Of a DNA stretch of 64,000 bases, positions 52,908-61,493 are shown piece by piece. This stretch comes from an uncultured Actinomycetota bacterium. GTDB lineage: Bacteria > Actinomycetota > UBA4738. The stretch covers positions 387,226-451,225 of the forward strand of contig CAWAGG010000006.1 in the NCBI GenBank assembly GCA_963781595.1, in the 5' to 3' direction. The notes under the pieces are model-generated. The model was not told where the DNA came from. It worked only from the letters and a program-made list of their open reading frames with translations, and searched no databases. Numbering within the stretch: position 1 is the stretch's first letter; each line of letters begins with the position of its first letter. A program made the translations under genes and the position numbers.

Positions 52908-54458
52908 TCAGTCGATCGGAGCGTCGAGCGGTTCGACGTCAAGCGGCGCCACGGACCCGTTGACGCAGCGCCCGGTGCGCAGATCGAACTCGTAGTGATG
53001 CGCGAGGCACCGGACGATACCGCCGCCGAGCACCTCGCCGAAGATCGACAGATCGTTCCCGGCGTGCGGGCAGTACCGACCGACGGAATAGCTCTTCGGG
53101 CCGTCGGTCATGACGATCCGCTCGCTCCGTTTCGAGCCGGTCTCGAACGCCTCGACCGCCGCGAGCGCCTCGACGTTCGCGAACTTGAGCAAGCCGAGGA
53201 GATGGTCGTTGTATGTATCCGGATCGCGCCACGCCTCGAACCGGAGCGAGAGGAAGAAGTCCTCCCACGGCACGCTCCCGTCGAGGAGGGGTGGCAGCCA
53301 TCGCGCATCGAACCGGTAGCCGTGGGCGCACCCGTCCAGTCCGGCCGAGACGCCTTCGGATCCAGGTCGGAAGTCGACGGCCCAGCGTCCGCCGCCGGGT
53401 CCCTCGATGTCGAACCCGACGCGCATCCCGATCTTGGCGTTGAAATACGGGCTCATCGACAGGAGGCGTTCGAACGAGGCACGGAACGGCTCCCACAGCG
53501 GATCCTCCGGAGCGTGGTACCGGCCCAGCGCATCCGCGATCTCGCGTTGCTTCCGGTCCGCGTATGCCTCGAGGTACGGCCACCGGTCGGCGAGGTCGAA
53601 GCCGTCCCAGGCCGGATCGCACTCGTTCGTCCGCGTGACCGCGTCCCAGGTGTCTCCGGGGAGGAGCACCACCGTCCGCCCGATACCGTGTTCCGTGAGC
53701 CAGTCGGCCACCTGGCGCTGGTCCGGGAAGATGCCGCCGTCCATCTCGGCGTTGTGCCGGAACAGCGCCGGATCGAGGAAGCACGCGGGGCCCGCGAAGG
53801 GTACCGCCGCCTCCGGTTCGAGCAGCCGCGCGCACCTCGCCGCGTACGAGAGCTTCGCCAGGCGCTTCCGGCGAGAAAGCTCGCGGCGACGCTCCTCCGG
53901 GAACGTGTAGCAGATCGGGTACCAGGACGCACCCGCCCCTTGGAATGCGAAGACGTCGATCGTGCCGCCCACCAGTGTTCGGATCTGCCACAACTGATCC
54001 GGCGAGAGGCGAGCGTCGTTCATGTCGAGCACGGTCTGCCCGTCGGCCCGAACGACGATCGCCGAATCGTGATTCATCGGCGACAGTTCGGGAACGAAGA
54101 ACACCCGCGTTCCCTGGGCGATCTCGAATTCGGTCCAATGAGGCACTTCGACGATTGTGTGTAGTCCCGATCGCTCGACCTTCTCGCGCAGGACGGGCGA
54201 GGGATATCGCGGGATCACGATCGGAACCGACGACGGGACCCGGGCGAGGAACCAGGGGTCGACGTGGTCGAGGTGCTCGTGGGAGACGATCACCGCGGTC
54301 GGTTCGAACAGCGACGGGTCGACGAGGTGCGCGTTCTCCGGGAATTGGAACCAGGATGCCTGAAACGCGCCGGCCGGGTCGAACCACGGGTCGACCGCGA
54401 CGGCCGCACGATCCGATCCGATCCTCAGCCCCGCGTGGCCCAGCGCGGTGATGTTCAC
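52908..54458 (-). CDS. fusion of an N-terminal MBL-fold metallo-hydrolase-like domain and a C-terminal Rieske [2Fe-2S] domain
   Basis: GTG 54458. The MBL motif is 'VIVSHEHLDHVD' (HxHxDH). The Rieske ligand pattern is 'YCPHAGNDL...(18 aa)...RCLAHHYEF' (CxH...CxxH). About 230 aa of unassigned sequence separates the two. Confidence 0.78.
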   Translation of the reverse strand: MNITALGHAGLRIGSDRAAVAVDPWFDPAGAFQASWFQFPENAHLVDPSLFEPTAVIVSHEHLDHVDPWFLARVPSSVPIVIPRYPSPVLREKVERSGLHTIVEVPHWTEFEIAQGTRVFFVPELSPMNHDSAIVVRADGQTVLDMNDARLSPDQLWQIRTLVGGTIDVFAFQGAGASWYPICYTFPEERRRELSRRKRLAKLSYAARCARLLEPEAAVPFAGPACFLDPALFRHNAEMDGGIFPDQRQVADWLTEHGIGRTVVLLPGDTWDAVTRTNECDPAWDGFDLADRWPYLEAYADRKQREIADALGRYHAPEDPLWEPFRASFERLLSMSPYFNAKIGMRVGFDIEGPGGGRWAVDFRPGSEGVSAGLDGCAHGYRFDARWLPPLLDGSVPWEDFFLSLRFEAWRDPDTYNDHLLGLLKFANVEALAAVEAFETGSKRSERIVMTDGPKSYSVGRYCPHAGNDLSIFGEVLGGGIVRCLAHHYEFDLRTGRCVNGSVAPLDVEPLDAPID

Positions 54459-54465
54459 GCTGCGG

Positions 54466-54471
54466 ACTATA
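54466..54471 (-). promoter_or_regulatory. TATAGT -10-like hexamer 7 nt upstream of the GTG start of the MBL-Rieske gene (possible leaderless transcript)
   Basis: The minus-strand reading is ...aactccTATAGTccgcagcGTG. No Shine-Dalgarno is visible before this start. From established knowledge, this geometry fits leaderless mRNAs common in actinobacteria. There is no convincing -35. Confidence 0.3.
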
Positions 54472-54545
54472 GGAGTTGGGGTCGTCCGGACCTGGAAGGA
54501 GGGGCGTCTTCTTATGGCATCGGATCGTCGGACCTGAACGGCCGG

Positions 54546-54965
54546 TCACACGGCGCGCATGCGATTGTTGCGGGGGTTGTGTTCGACCTCGGCGAGCCCC
54601 AGCGCCTCCATCAACGGCGGGACGTACATGCCGAACCGTCCGCGCAACCCCTTCTTCAGGCCGTACCAGCCGCCGACCGGATTATCGGGCGATCGCGCCC
54701 ACGCCTCGACCGTGCCCTCCGCGGCCGGCTTGCCCTCGTCGGCGCTCCCCATCGGGACCCAGTCACCGCGCGCCTCGAGCATCGCGTGGAGGTCGTCCAG
54801 GCACCGGAGGTCGTACCAGAGCACCGTCTTGCCGACCGTGCACACCAGTACCGGTGGGTCCAGGCCCTCGTCGCGGTACATCTGGTACTCGGACTGGCCG
54901 CTGGGTGTGCGCAGGATCCACGGGTCGGCCTTCGTGCCCGTCCCCCGAGCCTCGTTCGCGGCCAT
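54546..54965 (-). CDS. conserved hypothetical protein (resembles the actinobacterial family I recall as DUF6855)
   Basis: This is the last 139 codons of ORF 54546..55391, starting at ATG 54965: MAANEARGTGTKADPWILRTPSGQSEYQMYRDEGLDPPVLVCTVG...SPDNPVGGWYGLKKGLRGRFGMYVPPLMEALGLAEVEHNPRNNRMRAV. Confidence 0.6.
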   Translation of the reverse strand: MAANEARGTGTKADPWILRTPSGQSEYQMYRDEGLDPPVLVCTVGKTVLWYDLRCLDDLHAMLEARGDWVPMGSADEGKPAAEGTVEAWARSPDNPVGGWYGLKKGLRGRFGMYVPPLMEALGLAEVEHNPRNNRMRAV

Positions 54966-55031
54966 CGGCGTGGCCCCCCTTCGGACCGGTAGCATTCCGG
55001 TTACGGTAGCCCGGATGTTACCATCACCGCC

Positions 55032-55382
55032 GTGTCGAACGCGAGCCCCGGACCGACCACCATGGCGGCGGGCGACCCCTTCAGCGCGCTCGGCGATCCG
55101 AACCGCCGTGCGATCGTGGAGCTGCTCGGGTCCGGAGGATGTTCGGTCCGCCAGATCGCGGATGCGCTTCCGATCAGCCGGCCGGCCGTCTCGCGACACC
55201 TTCGCCTGCTGAAGGACGCCGGGCTGGTCGTGGAGGAACCGAAGGGCACCCGCCGGATCTATCGGCTCCACGACGAGGGCGTTCAGGCGGTGCAGGCCTA
55301 CCTCGAGCAGGTGTGGGGCGACGCGGCCTCGCGGTTCCGGCTTATCGTCGAGAACACGACGGCCGGCGCGAACCGCCGATGA
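55032..55382 (+). CDS. ArsR/SmtB-family transcriptional regulator
   Basis: 'FSALGDPNRRAIVELLGSGGCSVRQIADALPISRPAVSRHLRLLKDAGLVVEEPKGTRRIYRL' is present. The start is GTG 55032, with ATG 55062 as an alternative. The stop overlaps the next start (ATGA). Confidence 0.85.
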   Translation: MSNASPGPTTMAAGDPFSALGDPNRRAIVELLGSGGCSVRQIADALPISRPAVSRHLRLLKDAGLVVEEPKGTRRIYRLHDEGVQAVQAYLEQVWGDAASRFRLIVENTTAGANRR

Positions 55383-55831
55383 TCGAGCCACTCAGGCTGG
55401 CGTTCGACGTGCGCTGTCCGCCCGAGCGTGCCTTCGAGGTCTGGACGGCGGAGATCGCTCGATGGTGGCCCACGAGCCACGCGGTCAGCGACGAACCCGG
55501 GCTCAGGGTGATCCTCGAACCCCGCCTCGGTGGCCGGATCTACGAGCTGAAGCCGTCCGGCCAGGAGTTCGACTGGGGTTAGGTCGCGGCGTGGGATCCG
55601 CCGGGCCTGCTCGCCTACTCGTGGCACCTCCGGGCCGACCGTGCGGACGCGACCGATGTCCGGATCACGTTCCTCCATCGCGAGGGCCGCTCCACGCGCG
55701 TCGAGATCGAGCACGGCGGGTGGGAGCGGCTCGGGGCACGCGGCCCCGCACGACGCGAGGCGAACATGGCAGGATGGGACGGCATGGTTCCGCACTTCAC
55801 GGCCGCGTGCGGAGGTGACGGCGACGGGTGA
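55379..55831 (+). pseudogene. SRPBCC/AHSA1-like domain protein with one in-frame TAG (55580-55582)
   Basis: MIEPLRLAFDVRCPPERAFEVWTAEIARWWPTSHAVSDEPGLRVILEPRLGGRIYELKPSGQEFDWG * VAAWDPPGLLAYSWHLRADRADATDVRITFLHREGRSTRVEIEHGGWERLGARGPARREANMAGWDGMVPHF... Both halves lie in the same frame and look family-typical. GAG to TAG would explain the stop. Confidence 0.7.
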
Positions 55832-55887
55832 AGGAGAGGACCGGACGCCGTGACCCGGCGCCGCGGCACGGAGGAGGAGAGGACGTC

Positions 55888-56205
55888 ATGGCGAAGTACG
55901 TGCTCGTGTACCACGGGGGCAACATGCCCGAGACCGAGGAGGAAGGGGCCGCGGTCACGGGCGCGTGGAACGAGTGGCTCGGGGCGCTCGGTCCCGCGAT
56001 CGTCGACCTGGGCAACCCGACGGGCGCGGCGAAGACCGTCGCACCCGGCGGCGCGGTGAGCGACGGTGGCGAGGCCAACCCCGCGAGCGGCTACAGCGTC
56101 ATCAGCGCGAACGATCTGGACGCCGCGGTCGAGGCGGCGAAGGGCTGCCCCGTGCTCCTCGGCGGCGGCAGCGTGAAGGTCGCCGAGACGTTCGACGTGA
56201 TGTAG
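55888..56205 (+). CDS. YCII-related domain protein
   Basis: ATG 55888 follows GGAGGAGGAGAGGA. 'MAKYVLVYHGGNMPETEEEGAAVTGAWNEWLGALG' and the C-terminal 'GYSVISANDLDAAVEAAKGCPVL' are typical of the family. Confidence 0.78.
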   Translation: MAKYVLVYHGGNMPETEEEGAAVTGAWNEWLGALGPAIVDLGNPTGAAKTVAPGGAVSDGGEANPASGYSVISANDLDAAVEAAKGCPVLLGGGSVKVAETFDVM

Positions 56206-56237
56206 CGGGTTCCTCCCCGGGGAGCGTCGCGCGGGTC

Positions 56238-57455
56238 GTGGGATCTCAGCCGACGTCCCTCTCGTGGGATCGGGTCTGGCGACGCCGGCTCGAACGCCAC
56301 CACCTCGTGTCGCCCGCGCCGCGTGAGCGGATGGTGGACGTGGTCGGCGAACTGTGCGGCGTCCAGGCGCAGGTGATGCCCAACGCGGAGCTCGCGATCG
56401 GGCTCCGCGTCGCCGGTGTGACGCGTCGCGATGTCCGCGACGCCCTCTGGGAACGCCGGAGCCTGGTCAAGACCTACGGCGTCCGCGGGACGATCCACCT
56501 CTACCCGGCGTCCGAGCTGGGGCTCTGGCTCGCGGCGCTCCGAGCCACGCCGGCGCCGAACCGTTCCCGCGTCCTCGAGGCGACGGACACGAGCCCCGAG
56601 CGGTTCGCGGAGCTCGTGGCCGCGATCGGCGACGCTTTGGACGGGCGACAGCTCTCGCGCGAGGAGTTGGGCGACACGCTGGTCGATCGCATGGGGTCGT
56701 GGGCCGGTGACGAGGTCGTTCCGGCGTTCGCGTCGATGTGGCCGCGGTGGACGATCGGGCTCGATGTGGCCGCTGCGGAGGGCCTGCTCTGCTTCGGGCC
56801 GAACCGTGGGAACCGGGTCACGTTCGTTCGCCCCGACCAGTGGCTCGACGGCGTCGAACGGGTCGACGGCGCGTACGCCCTGGCCGAGGTCTTCCGCAGG
56901 TACCTGCGGACGTATGGGCCCGCGACGTCCCGGGACTTCGCGCAGTGGTTCAACATGGAGCCGAGCGCCGCAGCCGGGGTGGCGCGGTCGCTCGCCGGCG
57001 ACGTGACGGAGGTCGACGTCGAGGGCGACCGCCTGCTGCAGCTCGCGCCGGGCCCCGATGCCGAACCGGCCCCGGACGCGAAGCGCCGCGGTTCCTTCCG
57101 CCTCCTCGCGCCGTTCGACGTCTACCTGATCGGCTCGTTCCCGCGCGATCGCCTGATCCCCGACGGGTTGCTGGATCGCCTCGGGCACGAGCGCGTCCCG
57201 GCATCGTGGGCGCGCCGAGCGCTCTCCGGCGGCTCCGTCGCGAACATCCCGGTCCTGCTGCGGGACGGCGTCGTCGGAGGGGTCTGGGAGCGCCGCCGCT
57301 CGGGCCGCGGGCGATCGATCCGCGTCGAGCCCTTCACGCCGGTCTCCGCGGCCGCGCGGACGCGGATCGAGGCCGAGGCGCGGAGGGTCGGCGAGATCCT
57401 GGAGGCGGACGTGTCCTTCGAACTCGGAACCGTCGACGTGCGGCCGCACCTCTGA
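56238..57455 (+). CDS. winged-helix DNA-binding domain protein of the YcaQ/AlkZ DNA-glycosylase family (QxQ subtype)
   Basis: 'RLERHHLVSPAPRERMVDVVGELCGVQAQVMPNAELAIGLRV...RSLVKTYGVRGTIHLYPASEL' is present. From memory, the 'QAQ' triplet corresponds to the Q-phi-Q motif of AlkZ-like enzymes. The start is uncertain; GTG 56238 is the first candidate after the YCII stop. Confidence 0.72.
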   Translation: MGSQPTSLSWDRVWRRRLERHHLVSPAPRERMVDVVGELCGVQAQVMPNAELAIGLRVAGVTRRDVRDALWERRSLVKTYGVRGTIHLYPASELGLWLAALRATPAPNRSRVLEATDTSPERFAELVAAIGDALDGRQLSREELGDTLVDRMGSWAGDEVVPAFASMWPRWTIGLDVAAAEGLLCFGPNRGNRVTFVRPDQWLDGVERVDGAYALAEVFRRYLRTYGPATSRDFAQWFNMEPSAAAGVARSLAGDVTEVDVEGDRLLQLAPGPDAEPAPDAKRRGSFRLLAPFDVYLIGSFPRDRLIPDGLLDRLGHERVPASWARRALSGGSVANIPVLLRDGVVGGVWERRRSGRGRSIRVEPFTPVSAAARTRIEAEARRVGEILEADVSFELGTVDVRPHL

Positions 57456-57468
57456 TGCCGGCAGCGGG

Positions 57469-58236
57469 ATGGTAAGCACGCTGTACCGACCGAAGGCGCC
57501 ATCCCCGTCCCCGTCTGCCGGAGGGCTCCTGGTAGGATACGGCGCCGTGACCAGGGGAGCTTCCATCAAGCGCACCCTGATGCGTGCGCTGCCGCTGTCG
57601 CAGGCGTTCGTCCTGCTCACGAGCGCCATCGCATCCGCGGACGTCCAGGTCACGACGAACTCCCCGCCCGACTCGTCGAAGTGCGTGCTGGCCTCGCCGT
57701 CCGCCCAGTGCGGGTCGTGGACCTACTGGGCGGCGCTCGGTGCGCTGGTGATCGGCGTCGTGATCGTCGCCATCTTCATCGTGAAGTACCTGAAGGACGC
57801 GCCGAGGTTCCAGATGGAAGCCGATGGACGGGCCTCGACGGGCCGCGCCGGGGCGGTTCCGGCTCGACCGCTCGCGCCGCCGCCCCCCGGCACCGCCGCC
57901 GTGCCCGCCCGCGCAGCCGCACCGACCGCACCGGCCGCGGCGGCCGCCACCGCGGCCGCGCCCGCGACGATGGCCGTCGCCGTCGCCGACCCTCCCCCCG
58001 GCACCGCCGCCTCATCCTCACCCACAGCCGCACCGGCCGCCACCACTGAGTCGCCCGCCGCCGTGCCGGCCGAACGGCGCGCGCCGAGCCCGCGTCACGA
58101 GCCGGTGGAGCCGGACCAGGCCACGTACGATCGCGTGCTCGCCGAGCAGCTCGCGAAGGGGACCGATCGCCGGGTCGCCGAAGGTCGCGCGAAAGCGGCC
58201 GCGCTGAAGGCGGCGAGGGAACAGGCCGACGCCTGA
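57469..58236 (+). CDS. membrane-associated Ala/Pro-rich protein, function unknown
   Basis: A signal-like segment 'MRALPLSQAFVLLTSAIASA' is followed by the TM 'YWAALGALVIGVVIVAIFIV' and a long A/P-rich tail. The start is ATG 57469, with ATG 57580 as an alternative. Confidence 0.5.
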   Translation: MVSTLYRPKAPSPSPSAGGLLVGYGAVTRGASIKRTLMRALPLSQAFVLLTSAIASADVQVTTNSPPDSSKCVLASPSAQCGSWTYWAALGALVIGVVIVAIFIVKYLKDAPRFQMEADGRASTGRAGAVPARPLAPPPPGTAAVPARAAAPTAPAAAAATAAAPATMAVAVADPPPGTAASSSPTAAPAATTESPAAVPAERRAPSPRHEPVEPDQATYDRVLAEQLAKGTDRRVAEGRAKAAALKAAREQADA

Positions 58237-58263
58237 GCGCCCAAACCCGGCGAGCCTGAGAGG

Positions 58264-59331
58264 ATGGGAGCGATGGGCTTCGCCTCCGACCGCCTGCTGG
58301 ACTGGAACACCGCGCGTGCCGTCGGCGCTCGCGCGGCCGGGGTCGGGCCCGAGCTGCGGCCCGTCGACCGTGCCGCGCTGAACGAGGACTTCGCGGAGCT
58401 GGTCGCCCGCGCCAGCATCGAGGTGCAGGCCTTCACCGGCCTCACGATCGACGGCTATCCGGCGAGGCCCTGGGTGATGACGCGCGCCGAGTGGATCGGT
58501 GCGAACCTGCGTTCGTTCAACGGGGTCCTCGAGCCGTTCGCGCAGCGCGTGCTCACCAAGAGCGGCGAGGGGACGCTCGCGAACGTCCGGCGGGCGACGC
58601 TCGGCGTGCAGGTGGGAGGCCTGCTGGGCTACTTGAGCCGCAAGGTCCTCGGGCAGTTCGACGTGTTCCTTCCCCCGGACGACGACGGCCTGATCTACTT
58701 CGTCGGCCCGAACATCGTCGGTGTCGAACGGCGGTTCGGCTTCGCCCAGCGCGATTTCCGGCTGTGGATCGCGCTCCACGAGGTTGCGCACCGGGTGCAG
58801 TTCGGCGCGGTGCCCTGGCTGCGCGGCTACGTCGGTGGCCTCGCGTCCACGTACCTGAGCTCGATGGAGCTCGATCCGAAGCGCGTCGTCGAACGCGTCC
58901 GGTACGCCGCGAACGCGGTTCGAGCCGGGGACATCGAGTGGCGGGGGTTCGGGTGGGTGTTCCTGCTGATGACGCCCGACCAGCAGGACCTCTTCCGGCG
59001 GATGCAGGCCGTGATGTCGCTGCTCGAGGGCCACGGGAACCACGTGATGGACAGCCTGGGCTCTCGGCTGATCCCGGACGCGCCGATGTTCAAGCGCCGG
59101 ATCGCCGAACGCCGGCGTGCACAGGGCGGCATGGAACGGACGCTGCAGCGCACGATCGGGTTCGACACGAAGGCTCGCCAGTACGACATCGGCGAACGCT
59201 TCGTCGCCCGCGTGGTCGAACGCTCCGGGATGGAGGGGTTCAACCTCGTCTGGCAGGGACCCGCGAACCTCCCGACGCTCGAGGAGATCGGCAGCCCGGA
59301 CGCCTGGGTCGCACGCGTCGGGGCTCGCTGA
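58264..59331 (+). CDS. zinc-dependent metalloprotease (DUF2342 family, Rv3626c-like)
   Basis: The HExxH site 'WIALHEVAHRVQF' is present. 'LLEGHGNHVMD' and 'KARQYDIGERFV' are typical of the family. From memory, its position just upstream of tilS-hpt is conserved in actinobacteria. Confidence 0.83.
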   Translation: MGAMGFASDRLLDWNTARAVGARAAGVGPELRPVDRAALNEDFAELVARASIEVQAFTGLTIDGYPARPWVMTRAEWIGANLRSFNGVLEPFAQRVLTKSGEGTLANVRRATLGVQVGGLLGYLSRKVLGQFDVFLPPDDDGLIYFVGPNIVGVERRFGFAQRDFRLWIALHEVAHRVQFGAVPWLRGYVGGLASTYLSSMELDPKRVVERVRYAANAVRAGDIEWRGFGWVFLLMTPDQQDLFRRMQAVMSLLEGHGNHVMDSLGSRLIPDAPMFKRRIAERRRAQGGMERTLQRTIGFDTKARQYDIGERFVARVVERSGMEGFNLVWQGPANLPTLEEIGSPDAWVARVGAR

Positions 59332-59362
59332 GGCGTCGGCCGGCGTCCAGGGAAGCATCCCG

Positions 59363-60376
59363 GTGCCGGTCGAGGGCCGAACGCTCCCGAGGCCACCCGC
59401 CGTCGCGAGCGTGGTCCGCCAGGTCGTCGCGACCGCACGCCGCCACCGGATGTTCGAACCTGGCTCGACCGCCGTCGTCGCCGTCTCCGGCGGGCCCGAC
59501 TCGGTGTGCCTGCTGCACGCCCTGGTACGCGCACGGCGACTCCTGGGCATCGGCGCGCTCGTCGCGTTCCACTTCGACCATCGGCTCCGGGCCGGGTCCG
59601 GCGTCGACGCTCGTTCGGCCGGCCGTCGCGCGGCCGCGCTCGGCGTGCCGTTCGTCGTGCGCACGGCGACATCGGCGCCCGCGCGCGGCGAGTCGGTCGA
59701 GGCGTGGGCGCGGACCGCTCGCTACGCCGCCCTCGCCGAGGTCCGGGAGGAGTTCGGGGCGAACGTCGCCGCCGTCGGGCACACGTCGGACGACCAGGCC
59801 GAGACCGTCCTGCTCGCGCTGCTGCGAGGCGGGGGCCTCGAGTCGCTCGCGGGCATGCGACCCGTGACGAACGGCGTCGTGCGTCCGCTGCTCGACGTGA
59901 CCCGCGCGCAGACGGTGGACTTCTGCCGAGCGCTGGGCCTGCGGCCGCGCCGGGATCCGATGAACGAGGACCCGGCGTACCTGCGCGCGGCGATCCGCAC
60001 GGGGGCCCTCCCCGCGCTGGAGGCCGCGGTCGGGCGGTCGGTCCGTCCGACGCTCGTGCGGACCGCGTCGCTCCTGCGCGAGGACGCCGATCTGCTCGCG
60101 GCCACGGCTCGGGAGGCCGAGCCCGCGGTCGTGCGGGTGGATGCGGGCGGGGTGCGTCTCCGCGTGGACGCGCTCATCTCCCTGCCCGGGCCGATCGGCG
60201 CCCGGGTCGTTCGGAGGGCGATGCGGGACGCGGGCGTCCTTCCGGAGGCGTCGCACGTTGAGTCCGTCCTGGCGCTCGCGAGCGGTCGGCCGGGGCGCCG
60301 CGTCGTGCTCCCCGGCCGAGTGGTGGCCCGCAGGGAGAGGGAGTATGTTTCGCTCTCCATCCCGGCCGGGTCGTAG
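59363..60376 (+). CDS. tilS: tRNA(Ile)-lysidine synthetase
   Basis: The PP-loop 'VAVSGGPDSVCLLHAL' and 'GHTSDDQAETVLLALLRG' are present. GTG 59363 was chosen as the first start after the upstream stop. The exact start is uncertain. Confidence 0.85.
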   Translation: MPVEGRTLPRPPAVASVVRQVVATARRHRMFEPGSTAVVAVSGGPDSVCLLHALVRARRLLGIGALVAFHFDHRLRAGSGVDARSAGRRAAALGVPFVVRTATSAPARGESVEAWARTARYAALAEVREEFGANVAAVGHTSDDQAETVLLALLRGGGLESLAGMRPVTNGVVRPLLDVTRAQTVDFCRALGLRPRRDPMNEDPAYLRAAIRTGALPALEAAVGRSVRPTLVRTASLLREDADLLAATAREAEPAVVRVDAGGVRLRVDALISLPGPIGARVVRRAMRDAGVLPEASHVESVLALASGRPGRRVVLPGRVVARREREYVSLSIPAGS

Positions 60377-60431
60377 CGGGCTCGCCGGCCCCGCCGGGGA
60401 TCGGGTTCGACGCGTCGGGGAAGGGATCGCC

Positions 60432-60989
60432 GTGGAGGCCTACGAGGACCAGATCGAAGAGGTCCTGCTGACGAGCGAGGCGATCCAGGCCCGCATCGCG
60501 GAACTGGCCGCGCGCATCAACGACGACTACGCCGGACGGGACGTGCTGCTGGTCGGCGTGCTGAAGGGGGCGTTCGTCCTGATGGCGGACCTCGCGCGGC
60601 ACATCGACCTGCCGATGGAGTTCGACTTCATGGCCGTCTCCTCGTACGGGGCCGCGACGAAGACCAGCGGGGTCGTGCGGATCCTGAAGGACCTGGACCA
60701 CGAGGTCGCGGGCCGCGACGTCCTGCTGATCGAGGACATCGTGGACTCGGGCCTCACGCTCAAGTACCTGCTGCGGAACCTCAGCACGCGCAAGCCCGCG
60801 ACGCTCGAGGTCTGCGCGTTGCTGTGGAAGACCGGCGTGCAGCAGGTCGACCTCGACATCAAGTACGTCGGATTCGAGATCCCGCCGGTGTTCGTCGTGG
60901 GCTACGGGCTCGACTACGACGAACACTTCCGCAACCTGCCCTACGTCGGGACGCTGAAGCCCGAGGTGTACGCCGAACCGATGCCGTAG
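60432..60989 (+). CDS. hpt: hypoxanthine phosphoribosyltransferase
   Basis: GTG 60432 follows GGGAAGGGA. 'LLVGVLKGAFVLMADL' and the PRPP loop 'VLLIEDIVDSGLTL' are present, together with 'VGYGLDYDEHFRNLPYVG'. Confidence 0.9.
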   Translation: MEAYEDQIEEVLLTSEAIQARIAELAARINDDYAGRDVLLVGVLKGAFVLMADLARHIDLPMEFDFMAVSSYGAATKTSGVVRILKDLDHEVAGRDVLLIEDIVDSGLTLKYLLRNLSTRKPATLEVCALLWKTGVQQVDLDIKYVGFEIPPVFVVGYGLDYDEHFRNLPYVGTLKPEVYAEPMP

Positions 60990-61030
60990 CGGGCGGAACC
61001 CGCCACGGCTCCGGCGGGTCTAAGGCGATC

Positions 61031-61426
61031 ATGCGGAACGCGCTGCTCGCGATCATGCTGTCGCTCGGGGTCCTCGCGGCCGCGTGCGGCACGCCGGCGA
61101 GCGACGGGGACACCTTCTCGCCTTTGCCGAACAACGTCCACGGCACCGTGCTGATGGGCCCGATGTGCCCCGTCGAGCAGGTGGGCAGCCCCTGCCCGGA
61201 CCGGCCGATCCAGGCCCGGGTCCGCATCACGTTCCCCGACGGCATGCGGACGGTGCTGGACACCGACGCGCGGGGTCGCTTCGACGTCACGCTCGGCCCG
61301 GGCTCGTACACGATCGAGGCCACCGGCCTGGACGCAGGACGTTCGTCGAAGCCGACGACCTTCGAGGTCCCCGCGGGCGAGGGCGTGACGAACGTGACGG
61401 TGACCGTGGACTCCGGGATCCGCTGA
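61031..61426 (+). CDS. lipoprotein with CarboxypepD_reg-like beta-sandwich domain
   Basis: The lipobox is in '[20 protein letters not shown]'. '[20 protein letters not shown]' resembles the carboxypeptidase-regulatory-like fold. Confidence 0.68.
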   Translation: MRNALLAIMLSLGVLAAACGTPASDGDTFSPLPNNVHGTVLMGPMCPVEQVGSPCPDRPIQARVRITFPDGMRTVLDTDARGRFDVTLGPGSYTIEATGLDAGRSSKPTTFEVPAGEGVTNVTVTVDSGIR

Positions 61427-61493
61427 GGTCGCTGAAGTCCTCGGCCGCCCCTGCGCCTTGCCGTCGGTGGCCCAGGCGCGCCAGGATGCCCGA

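Noticed and set aside
55580-55582. The in-frame TAG in the SRPBCC gene as a recoded (pyrrolysine or programmed read-through) codon.
   Set aside because: No pyl genes or recoding signals are visible in the window. There is a single occurrence. A GAG-to-TAG substitution or base-call error is the simpler explanation, given the other lesions in this assembly.
39969-58263. A tRNA-Thr-flanked genomic island covering the accessory-looking genes (cyclase, LuxR, VOC, nitroreductase, ATPase, asnA, ArsR cluster).
   Set aside because: I could find no integrase, recombinase or transposase, and no direct repeat of the tRNA 3' end, by eye. Gene composition looks similar to the core regions. A computed repeat and GC-skew search would be needed to revisit this.
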